The position numbers and the translations under genes were made by a program. The notes beneath the pieces were generated by a model that saw only the letters and a program-made list of their open reading frames with translations, ran no database searches and had not been told where the DNA came from. Below are positions 20,426 to 29,532 of a stretch of DNA of 64,000 nucleotides, piece by piece. Source of the DNA: Candidatus Poribacteria bacterium (GTDB lineage: Bacteria; Poribacteria; WGA-4E; PCPOR2b). Location of the stretch: assembly GCA_965218095.1 (NCBI GenBank), contig OZ244587.1:2848001-2912000 (forward strand). Direction: 5' to 3'. Positions within the stretch are counted from its first letter, which is position 1, and the number at the start of each line of letters is the position of its first letter.

Positions 20426-21349
20426 ATGCCTTTGAAAAAGAATTCAGAAGACCGTTCTTCAGTTGAGGAATCGCCAATGAAACGAGGGCTCACCCCCCAA
20501 CAAATCCAACAGTTCCATGACGATGGCTGTTTAATCGTCCGTGATCTGCTCCCACGCGAAGCGCTTCAGCCCTTGATCGATGAGCTCGTGCAGAAGGTTG
20601 ATGACTTGGCAAACGAAGCGGTGAGGCAGGGGCTACTCGATGCGGCGAACACGTTTGAGGACACGCCTTTTGAAACCCGTTTGGCGCTGGTGTCCGATGC
20701 TTGTTCGGAGCGCAACTGGCTGTGGCGACAGGTTCACGGCAAGCAACAAAAAACGGCGGGCATGTTCACACTTAGAACATGGGCGGCTCTACTGGATGTG
20801 GTGGAGTCATTGATAGGTCCTGAAATTCTAGCGCATCCGCAAACTGTCTTGCGCGTAAAGCTGCCGGACCAGGAGGAAACAGTGGTGCCATGGCATCAGG
20901 ACCTGGCATACCTTAAACCTGAGGAAGCAGGGGATACCTTGGTCGTTAACTTCTGGGTGCCTCTCGTCAGGGCCACCGCTGCCAATGGTTGTATGCAGGT
21001 GATGTGCGGGTCGCATCGATTTGGTCTGCTGCCACACAACTATCGGATATCCATTTACAAAGGCGTCGCCGATGCTAACTTGCCCCCCTGCGAAACGGTG
21101 ACGTGCGAAGTAAACGCAGGCGACGTGTTGATGACCATGGAACGGCTATTGCACCGATCGATTCCCAACACGTCGAATACCGTCCGTTGGAGTGTCGATA
21201 CGCGCTACAGCCGTATTGGTCTGCCCACAGGTCGTGAGAATGTACCCGGCTTTGTGGCCCGCAGTCGCAAGAATCCTGAGTGCGTCGCGCGATCCCATCA
21301 CGACTGGATTCGGCTTTTGACCGAAGCGGGGCTCGATCCGTTCCGATGA
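20426..21349 (+). CDS. Phytanoyl-CoA dioxygenase (PhyH) family protein, copy 1
   Basis: PWHQD, FWVPL..NGCM..GSH, LHRS.PN.S..R. Confidence 0.92.
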   Translation: MPLKKNSEDRSSVEESPMKRGLTPQQIQQFHDDGCLIVRDLLPREALQPLIDELVQKVDDLANEAVRQGLLDAANTFEDTPFETRLALVSDACSERNWLWRQVHGKQQKTAGMFTLRTWAALLDVVESLIGPEILAHPQTVLRVKLPDQEETVVPWHQDLAYLKPEEAGDTLVVNFWVPLVRATAANGCMQVMCGSHRFGLLPHNYRISIYKGVADANLPPCETVTCEVNAGDVLMTMERLLHRSIPNTSNTVRWSVDTRYSRIGLPTGRENVPGFVARSRKNPECVARSHHDWIRLLTEAGLDPFR

Positions 21350-22299
21350 AAAAGAATTTAGAAGACCGTTCTTCAGTTGAGGAGTCACCAATGAAACGAG
21401 GACTCACCCCCCAACAAATCCAACAGTTCCATGACGATGGCTTTTTGATCGCCCGGAATCTGCTTCCACGCGAAGCGATTCAGCCCTTGATCGATGAGCT
21501 TGAGCAGAAGCTCGATGATTTGACAAACGAAGCGGTAAGGCAGGGGCTGCTCGATGCGGCGAACACGTTTGAGGACGCGCCTTTTGAAACCCGTTTGGCA
21601 CTGGCGTCCGATACTTGCGTGAACCGTAACTGGCTGTGGAACCGAATTCAAGGCAAGCAGCACAAGACCGCCGGGATGTTCACACTCAGAACATATCCGT
21701 CTTTACTGGACGTTGCCGAATCATTGATCGGCCCTGAAATTCTGGCACATCCCCAATTTGCCCTCCGACCGAAACTGCCGGACCAGGAGGAAACAGTGGT
21801 GCCATGGCATCAGGACCTGGCTTACCTGACGCCAGAGGAAGCGGGGGATACATTGGTTGTGAATTTCTGGGTGCCTCTTGTCAAGGCTACTGCTGTCAAC
21901 GGCTGTATGCAGGTGATGCGTGGATCGCATCGATTTGGTCTGCTACCGCACAACTATCGGATAGCCATTTACAAAGGCGTCGCCGATGCCGACTTGCCCC
22001 CCTGCGAAACGGTGACGTGCGAAGTAAACGCAGGCGACGTGTTGATGACCATGGAACGGCTATTGCACCGATCAATTCCCAACACGTCGAATACCGTCCG
22101 TTGGAGTGTCGATACGCGCTACAACCGTATTGGTCTGCCCACAGGCCGTGAAAATGTACCCGGCTTTGTGGCCCGCAGCCGCAAGAACCCTGAGCGCGTC
22201 GCGCGATCCCACCACGACTGGATTGAGCTGTTAACCGAAGCAGGACGCGATCCGTTTCAATGGCATAATTATGATGAGGGAAAGGAGAAAACTTGTTAA
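21346..22299 (+). CDS. PhyH family protein, tandem copy 2
   Basis: Closely similar to 20426-21349; ATGA overlap. Confidence 0.92.
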   Translation: MKKNLEDRSSVEESPMKRGLTPQQIQQFHDDGFLIARNLLPREAIQPLIDELEQKLDDLTNEAVRQGLLDAANTFEDAPFETRLALASDTCVNRNWLWNRIQGKQHKTAGMFTLRTYPSLLDVAESLIGPEILAHPQFALRPKLPDQEETVVPWHQDLAYLTPEEAGDTLVVNFWVPLVKATAVNGCMQVMRGSHRFGLLPHNYRIAIYKGVADADLPPCETVTCEVNAGDVLMTMERLLHRSIPNTSNTVRWSVDTRYNRIGLPTGRENVPGFVARSRKNPERVARSHHDWIELLTEAGRDPFQWHNYDEGKEKTC

Positions 22300-22300
22300 T

Positions 22301-23569
22301 ATGAAACCCAGGACCGTTGAACTTGAAGATGTAGAGCATATCAAGGTTGCCTACAGCAAAGATACCTATCGGGGACATCCGCGCCACTGTGGCATGTTCA
22401 ACTTCGGTAATGGCGAACTGGCCGTTACCTACAACCGCGCACCCTGTGCCTATGAAAAGTCCGATGACGTCCATCACGACTTCCATTATATGGAGCGGTC
22501 GGAGCAGGTCCTGGCTCGCTCGTTGGACAACGGCGCAACCTGGCCCGAGCGCGAAGAGGTGCTTGTCTGGCAGCGGGGCGGGGCAATCGATAATCTGCGG
22601 GCGCGCCTGTGGCCTGAGGATACAGCCAGGGAGGAACTGGATATGTCTCAGCCGGAGGCCTGCTTCTTCTTCGGCCGGTCCTGGGCAGGCAAGGCCGTCC
22701 AGCTTTCAGCGCGAAGTGGGACAGTGCCTCTGTATGTGACCTTTTCACTACGCTCTATGGACAAGGGGAGAACCTGGGAAAGGGTCCCCACTCTCTTTGT
22801 GCCGCCCGCCCATGCAGAGACAGTACTGTTGAACGCACACCCCCCGGTGCGTCTGCCCGATGGGAGCTTCCTAGTGGTGCTGACCGCTGGCGGCGGAGGG
22901 AGTGTGAGTCAATACAAAGAAGCAGCGCTTTACATGAGCGATGACAACGGTCTGAGTTGGGAATATATCACCACCATCGCCCGCGATCCCACCGGTGTTT
23001 GGGGCTACACCTATTCGGCGTTGATTATGCTGCCTAGCGGCCGATTGCAGTGCTATACGATGCGGCAGAACATCAACGCGTCGCAAGGGAATTGGGCCTG
23101 TATGAACTATTCCGACGATGGGGGATTGAGCTGGAGTAAGGTGCGGCCCATCGGGCAACTCGGCTATTCCCCCTGGGTGGCTCGGCGGCGGCCCGGGCAG
23201 TATAGCCGACCGCGTGCCACACAGGATCCGTCGGGCCGCCTGATGCAGACCTACGAGCCGACGCCGACCGGGGCTGCTCTCTGCCGCTCACCCTACCCGC
23301 TCCTGCTGCGAGATGGTCGAATTGTGGTGCTGTATGGCCGTCGGAAGCCCCCCTTTGGCATAGGCGGTATGGTCAGTGAGGATGAAGGGAAGACCTGGAG
23401 CCAGGAATTTGTATTGCGGGACGATGCCAACTGTAGCGACCTGGGGTACCCGGTGGCTACAGAGTTAGATAACGGGCGTATATTCATAGCCTATTACTAC
23501 AACCTCGACGACGGTAACAAGTTTGGTGGGACACGTTTTATTGCCGGTAGCTGCTTCGGGTTAAAGTAA
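22301..23569 (+). CDS. BNR/Asp-box (sialidase-like) beta-propeller protein
   Basis: SLDNGATW, SMDKGRTW, SDDNGLSW, SDDGGLSW, SEDEGKTW, DLGYP. Confidence 0.88.
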   Translation: MKPRTVELEDVEHIKVAYSKDTYRGHPRHCGMFNFGNGELAVTYNRAPCAYEKSDDVHHDFHYMERSEQVLARSLDNGATWPEREEVLVWQRGGAIDNLRARLWPEDTAREELDMSQPEACFFFGRSWAGKAVQLSARSGTVPLYVTFSLRSMDKGRTWERVPTLFVPPAHAETVLLNAHPPVRLPDGSFLVVLTAGGGGSVSQYKEAALYMSDDNGLSWEYITTIARDPTGVWGYTYSALIMLPSGRLQCYTMRQNINASQGNWACMNYSDDGGLSWSKVRPIGQLGYSPWVARRRPGQYSRPRATQDPSGRLMQTYEPTPTGAALCRSPYPLLLRDGRIVVLYGRRKPPFGIGGMVSEDEGKTWSQEFVLRDDANCSDLGYPVATELDNGRIFIAYYYNLDDGNKFGGTRFIAGSCFGLK

Positions 23570-24071
23570 TTTGACTTTGTATGAGAGTTAGCAGATCTAC
23601 TTGTGGCTCGCCCCCCCAGCCCCCCCAATGCTTCCTTACTTTTACCCAGATCTTTTCATCCGCGCCATATCAGGCATGGGAGCGGGTTTCCACTTTCTCA
23701 CTTTCCCCTTTTTCACCTGAAACGCCCGAATTTTGGCTTAACTTGATACATAAGAATTTTTTTCTTGAAAAATCGTCTTTCATCGTGCAAAATTAGCACC
23801 GTGTGTTTATCTGGATAGAACCAGAGCTTTGGGAGTTTGCTAAGGAATATGAGCAAACACCTATTGTACATCAGCCGCACAACGGGTGCGAGAAGTATCT
23901 CGTTTCGCTTCGGGAAAGTGTTTTGATGGATTTATTTGCCAAGCGAAACGTTAAAATTGTCAAGTCATGAATTCTTCGTACCCCGCATGGGTCTGAAATT
24001 TTGTGAATCACTTTCTTTTTTTCAATTTTATTTAGACGTAGAACCTAATATCAACAATAGGATGATAAATC

Positions 24072-24941
24072 ATGAAACGCGCAATTGCGATTTGCAGTGC
24101 ACTACTTCTTTTTGCAGTGATTCCTATGAGCCATTCCAAGGAAGACATTCCTTTCCTCTGGCTAGACGCCACAAACAACCCCGGCGATGCCCAAAATAAA
24201 TGGGACAACATCGGGACGTCTGGTGGGGATGTCGGTCCTGGAGCGGATCTTGGAGGTGCGAATCCGTCTCTTGTAGAAAAGGAAGTCATGAATGGTAAAA
24301 TCAAGGCGTATTACTTAGGAGATGCCGAAGGAGAGTTCTTCGGCGACGATGCTGGTGACGGTCCCCCCTTCCATGTCGAGGACTATACCTTTGAGATGTG
24401 GTTGATACACAATGGCCCAGCCAGTGGTGGTGGTGAGCATCAGATTTCCGGTTGGTATGATTTCCCCGAACTCGCCCGTACGCAGTGGCTCTGTTATCGC
24501 TTCGTGCCGCCGGACACAGGGGCCATAAATACTTACATCAGCGGGGGTAAAACCGATAACGCCCAAAGGTTCTCCTTCGCGACCGGCGCCGATATCGGGA
24601 AGAATAAGTGGGCCCAGGCAGTGTTCCAGTACGACGATAATGCCAATACGCATACCGCCTTCGTGAATGGCAAGCTAGTCAAAAAGCGGGGCGTCGAGAA
24701 AAAACAGGACTTCGACCACAACATAGACGTAAGTGTGGCCACGGTCATGGCAATTGCCTTTATCGAGCCTAACAATCGGACCATGAATGGTGGAATCGCC
24801 ATCATCCGGGTGTGGGATAAAATTCTAGACGCTGCTACGATAGCGGAGCTCTTCGATGATCCCTATGGCCAACAGGTTTTTTCCGTTGATCCTGCCGATA
24901 AGCTCTCAACAACTTGGGGTGCGGTGAAGCGCGGGTTTTAA
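24072..24941 (+). CDS. Secreted LamG-like jelly-roll protein with VDPADKLSTTWGAVK C-terminal motif
   Basis: Signal peptide; YTFEMW, AFVNGKL, IIRVWDKIL. Confidence 0.85.
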   Translation: MKRAIAICSALLLFAVIPMSHSKEDIPFLWLDATNNPGDAQNKWDNIGTSGGDVGPGADLGGANPSLVEKEVMNGKIKAYYLGDAEGEFFGDDAGDGPPFHVEDYTFEMWLIHNGPASGGGEHQISGWYDFPELARTQWLCYRFVPPDTGAINTYISGGKTDNAQRFSFATGADIGKNKWAQAVFQYDDNANTHTAFVNGKLVKKRGVEKKQDFDHNIDVSVATVMAIAFIEPNNRTMNGGIAIIRVWDKILDAATIAELFDDPYGQQVFSVDPADKLSTTWGAVKRGF

Positions 24942-25019
24942 CCTTTAGCGAGGTTTTAACCTCTGGTGCGAATGCAGGTAAGCACAATACATGATGAAAT
25001 CAGATTCATGCGGTTAAGT

Positions 25020-25057
25020 GGGGCACGGTATATCTGCCGTGCCCCTTTTTATTTTTT
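25020..25057 (+). terminator. Intrinsic terminator
   Basis: GGGGCACGG...CCGTGCCCC plus T-run; paralogous copy at 35570-35607. Confidence 0.7.
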
Positions 25058-25093
25058 CTGAGTGGTTCATTGCAGAAGTCCGCATACGGTTTT

Positions 25094-25152
25094 ATACCGA
25101 TTTAGGTTTCTGATTTCCCACTAATTGGGAAATTTAAACCCTGATCCAGTAT
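25094..25152. repeat. MITE-like imperfect inverted repeat
   Basis: ATACCGATTTAGG..ATTTCCCA / TGGGAAAT..ATCCAGTAT; ends related to 31383-31526. Confidence 0.5.
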
Positions 25153-25346
25153 TCGGATTGAAACTTTCCATTTGATAGAGCCTCGGCAGCTTCAGCGGCC
25201 TTTTCGCTCTTGCCCCTATGTCTCCTTCCAACTTTGGGGCTTACCTTTACCTATACATCTCGGACGTGAAGGCGAAAAGTTCCCTCCCCCCTCGCATTTC
25301 AGGGGCGGATAGGTACGCCAAAAAGCAGGTGGTGACGGTCTCGGAC

Positions 25347-25450
25347 GCCTTGAACTGAAGTTCAGAGCCTGCTCCGATCTATCGGAGTCTCTAGCGAAGC
25401 GAGATTCCGTGAAGCGGAGCTCAAAGCTAAAGTCCACTCAAGTGGACTAA
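25347..25450. repeat. REP-like palindrome cluster
   Basis: TGAACTGAAGTTCA, CTCCGATCTATCGGAG and AGTCCACTCAAGTGGACT hairpins. Confidence 0.55.
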
Positions 25451-25721
25451 ACATGGGGGGGCCAGTCGTCTTGAGACCAATGCTACTAAGATTTGGGTTT
25501 GGTCATCTGAGCCACCAACTGGTTTCGGGCACCATCTCGGTTACCAACAAGGATGAGATAAGTTTGCGGGTGACCACGAATCGCTCGTGGTTCATAGCCA
25601 ACTTTATTGGGTTGTTTCTTGAGTCTGCACTTTGCCAGTTGTTGCAAGAGATATTCGTAACCGTTCAGGGGGAACAGGCGCCTGTGCGGCGTGGGTTTGT
25701 AAGGACTTGAAAAGCAAAAAA

Positions 25722-27269
25722 ATGAAGATTCCTGTCGTTCTCAGCACAGATCTCTACTATCACATCGGTGACTCAGATGACCATTTCGACGCCGCGTGCT
25801 ATCTGACCTGTTCTGAATTTGACCATCGGGGGATTCTCCTCGACCACAACGCGGGACGACGTGGACGGCCCCAAGACGGGCGCCATGTGCTTGCCAAGTT
25901 GATGGAGTTCAGCGGAAACGTCTGTCCTTTCGCCCACGGTCTTCAGAACTTTCACATGAAGGACGCGCGTGATAAGGCGTTGGATAACCCGTGCCAGGAG
26001 GGGCAGCAATTACTTCGTGCTGCGCTTGAAGGTCCCGGCAAACTCGTCATCATCGCTGTCGGCGCCTTCACCGACGTCGGCGTCGCTTCGGCTTGCTGGC
26101 CTGAGTTGATGAGGAACAAGGTCGAGCGGATCTACCTGGTTGGCGCTTATGCGGGTTATCACATTCACGGCCAGGAGCGGAACACGGCGGATGACCCGGT
26201 CGCGCTCAGGCTTCTCCTGAATTCAGGGCTTCCCGTCACCATTCTTCCCTGCGACATCACCTGTTGGCCATTCGATTTCTACCGGCTGATTGGCTCTCAA
26301 AATCCACTCTGCGACTTTCTCTCGAAGGAGGTCTTCTGGGCATACCTCGTTCGTGAACCAATGGGCGCCCCTGTCGAGCGAGTCGATCGATACGCGATTA
26401 TGGAGCAGTAAAAGAAGCTTTACAGCACACTTGCTTTTGCCATGGCCGCGGGGGATGCGCGGGCGACGGAGATGGCTGAGGTTGTGCCGTGCCGTGCGGA
26501 GGTTAACGAACAGGGGCGGCTTGCAGGTCTCGAAAAGCAGAGTCCCGGGGCGCACTTTGATCTGGTCGTTTCGACCAACAATTCGCTCATTGAAGCGTTC
26601 CTCGTTGAAAAGCTGAGTTCAGCGTCAGGGGGGGAGGGAAAAGGGGAGCGCGTCATTACCCCGGAACGGAAACTTATAGCAAGAGAGCACCCCTCCTCTC
26701 GGAAAGCCCGCCATAAGACGGTCGTGCGGATCGATCCAGGTCATTTTTACTACGGCGAGGCGTGCGAAGAGCGGACGCTTGAAGGCGCAATCGAAATGGA
26801 TGCGTACCCTGTAACCAATCACGAGTACTGGTGCTTCCTTTCGGAGATGGGACACCCCATGCCGCCCCATTGGCCGGGAAGAGTGCTAGAAGGGACCGAG
26901 AACGAGCCGGTTGTCAAGGTCACGTGGTCCGACGTTGTGGCATACTGCGATTGGGCTGGAAAGCGACTGCCGACGGAGGCGGAATGGGAGCGTGCGGCGC
27001 GAGGGACGGACAAGCGCGTCTTCCCGTGGGGCGATAAGGAAATCTCTCCTGTGCCCAAAGGCGGCGGGTTGCCTCCAAATGGGCCGTGGGATATGATTGG
27101 AAAGGTGTGGCAGTGGACATCGGACTGGTTTGATGCGTCAAAGCAGTACCGTGTCCTACGGGGTTCATGCGCCCGGCTGCCGATCTTTCCAATTTTCTTC
27201 CGTTACTGGGCGAAACCGGAGGCGCGTTCGGCATACATCGGCTTCCGATGCTGCCGGGATGCAAACTAG
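25722..27269 (+). pseudogene. Nucleoside-hydrolase-like/FGE-sulfatase fusion interrupted by in-frame TAA (26409-26411)
   Basis: STDLYYHIGDSDDHFD, VGAFTDV, ERNTADDP; the same frame continues to [18 protein letters not shown]. Confidence 0.7.
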
Positions 27270-27421
27270 GGGGATACCCAAAAAATAACGCATTTATAAA
27301 TAATTGGCTTGCAGATTCTTTGAATATGTGATATTATTGGGGTGTTACAAGCCTGTGATTCTGAAGTTTATTAAATCGTTGGCTTGTTTTACCTTTCCTC
27401 GCCAAAGTAAAGGACACCCCA

Positions 27422-27862
27422 ATGAGTGATTTTCTTAGTGTAGTAGCGGATATACTCATTATCATTGCTGCTGGAAAGTTCATTTGGAAACACATTCCCA
27501 GTAGTGACGATTTGTATAGTATCAGAAAGTCCTTCATAGACTTCAGAGATGAAGCAAAACAACTGAAAGAAGAAGTCGTCAATTTAAGAAGGGTAGAGCT
27601 TACCAACATCGCAGAGAATCTGAAAACTAGAGATGCAACTGCGAAGAAAACCGTACCTGTTGAAGATATTGACAAGAAACTTGATTCTTTTCAACAGTCA
27701 GTAACGAGAATGGACAGGTACATGACAACTACCCTTGCAACTCATGTAGCAGTCATCAAGTCAATAGATAGTATAGAGGGGCGTTATGCCCAAATGGAGG
27801 AACGATTTGGGCAAACCGAAACAACCCTCCGAAATGTTGCTAGAAGATTGCACATGAGATAG
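27422..27862 (+). CDS. IS passenger: membrane-anchored coiled-coil protein
   Basis: AAGGA RBS; N-terminal TM; heptad-like body. Confidence 0.7.
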   Translation: MSDFLSVVADILIIIAAGKFIWKHIPSSDDLYSIRKSFIDFRDEAKQLKEEVVNLRRVELTNIAENLKTRDATAKKTVPVEDIDKKLDSFQQSVTRMDRYMTTTLATHVAVIKSIDSIEGRYAQMEERFGQTETTLRNVARRLHMR

Positions 27863-27927
27863 ACATAAAACAGGCGAGGGGGTGTTATAGCACCCCCACC
27901 GCCACAACATGGCAAAGGAGACCCCCC

Positions 27928-28107
27928 ATGCCACGCATCAAATACATCAAGTCTTACAGGCGTAAAGACGGCACGCTTGTAAGTCCACATATACGGACAA
28001 CTGCTGATAACACCCTCTGCATCACGACTTATTCCAATGAAAGGAGGGATTATCGTGTTTATAAAAATACGCAAAACCTTTACGTTTATCGTACTCAAAA
28101 TCGCTAA
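27928..28107 (+). CDS. IS passenger: 59-aa basic protein
   Basis: AAGGAG RBS; MPRIKYIKSYRRKDGTLVSPHIRT resembles the YxRKDGTxVxxHxR motif of small basic proteins. Confidence 0.55.
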   Translation: MPRIKYIKSYRRKDGTLVSPHIRTTADNTLCITTYSNERRDYRVYKNTQNLYVYRTQNR

Positions 28108-28296
28108 ACGTAAGGGTAATCAAACGCCGTATAGCAGTCCTTATACGGCTACGCCTAAGCAATAACTCTTAGGCAATATCAGGGGGTGCTACACAAAGCA
28201 CTCCCTGATATTTTGTTGCTAGAGTGTCCGGCTCCCACCGGACACTCCCTTATGGGAAAACCTCTGAAAATATGACTCAGAAAGGAGGCAGATGTT

Positions 28297-28491
28297 ATGT
28301 CATCACAAAGGAAGGTGGATATTCAACGTGTTAAAGAACATCTACAAAAACATGCTGATAAAACCCACCGAATTGAAGAGAGGTTATTTACCTCTACTGC
28401 AACCGTAGAAGATTTAAGAGTTGCAATTCAGTTACTTAAAAATGACTACACACTAATTACAACCATTTTCAAAAGGTTGGAAATAGTGTAA
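28297..28491 (+). CDS. IS passenger: small hypothetical protein
   Basis: AAGGAGG RBS, 64 aa. Confidence 0.6.
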   Translation: MSSQRKVDIQRVKEHLQKHADKTHRIEERLFTSTATVEDLRVAIQLLKNDYTLITTIFKRLEIV

Positions 28492-28529
28492 TCTAATCCT
28501 TCTATGGAGTCTCCAGAGGTTTTCCCACC

Positions 28530-29411
28530 CTACACAAAGCATTCCCTGATAAACTTCTTGAAGATGTTCCGGTTCTTCCGGTTGTTGTACTTGTAACACG
28601 CCTCAGCGATGTAGAGCGAAACATGCTTGTAGTGGTGATGTGTACCATGAAACGCACGTTTCACCAGCGACCAGAACCCTTCAATCGTGTTTGTGTGGGT
28701 ATTACCGTCCACGTACTGCCAGTTCTTGTGTCTGATGACATGGTGAGGCATGAGCCCATCAACCGCCTCATACGATGAGAACTCATCTGTCATTAGAACT
28801 GAATCCTTCGGCTTCTCAATAACGCCTTTGATGAACCCCAAAACGCCCTTACGACTCAAACTCGTAGCTACACGCGCCACAACATTCCCAGCCCGTTCAA
28901 CAGCACCGATAACGGGCGTTTTCTTCGTGCCTCTACCTCGCTTGCTCGGTGGAGGCAAGTTCCCGTCCTTGTCTTTTCGTCGTCGGGGCTTACCGCCCAC
29001 GTAGGTTTCATCGCATTCAATAATTCCTCTCAGTAAAACCTTGCCCTTTCTACCCATCTCAGACCTGATTCGTTTCATCATGAACCAAGCTGAGGGTTGC
29101 GTTAAGTCCAAATGACGAGCCATTTGACAACTTGATAGGCTTTTCTTCGCATCGTTCATTAACAGGATAGCCATAAACCACTTCTGAAGTGGAATCTGTG
29201 TTCCTTGAAATATCGTTCCCTGTAACACATTGAAACTTGACTTACAAGTATGGCAATTCCAACGACCAATTATGCTAGCTTCATTCTTCGGTGCAACCTT
29301 TTTACTTTCGCAATATGGACACTCAGGTTTGCCACCCCAGCGGATAGTTTCTAAGTGTTTAATACAACTCTCTTGGTCAGAAAATCGTTCTACAGCATCA
29401 AACAAGTTCAT
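28530..29411 (-). CDS. IS1595-family transposase
   Basis: CPYC..CHTC Zn ribbon, IECDETYVGG, LMTDE, HTNTIEGFWSLVKR. Confidence 0.95.
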   Translation of the reverse strand: MNLFDAVERFSDQESCIKHLETIRWGGKPECPYCESKKVAPKNEASIIGRWNCHTCKSSFNVLQGTIFQGTQIPLQKWFMAILLMNDAKKSLSSCQMARHLDLTQPSAWFMMKRIRSEMGRKGKVLLRGIIECDETYVGGKPRRRKDKDGNLPPPSKRGRGTKKTPVIGAVERAGNVVARVATSLSRKGVLGFIKGVIEKPKDSVLMTDEFSSYEAVDGLMPHHVIRHKNWQYVDGNTHTNTIEGFWSLVKRAFHGTHHHYKHVSLYIAEACYKYNNRKNRNIFKKFIRECFV

Positions 29412-29532
29412 TCATCTCAACTCCTTTATTCATAAGGGTTTGATGCCTATATTGTATCAAATTTACACAAAACTTGCAAGCCTAAACCTTATAAGCGCGA
29501 AAAATAATGTGTTACGAAAGGAGAAACATACA

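Larger units (their letters stand above)
27289..29499 (-). mobile_element. IS1595-family element carrying passenger genes
   Basis: Imperfect IRs CGCnnTTATAA-n6-GGCTTGCA; 8-bp TSD AAAAATAA at 27281-27288 and 29500-29507. Confidence 0.88.

Noticed and set aside
23800-24070. Known riboswitch in long leaders (also 32580-32830)
   Set aside because: I could not match any consensus by eye; an Rfam scan is needed.
29230-29532. N-terminal extension of the 696-aa ORF
   Set aside because: It is antisense to the IS1595 transposase and crosses the IS end; the RBS and signal peptide start at 29533.
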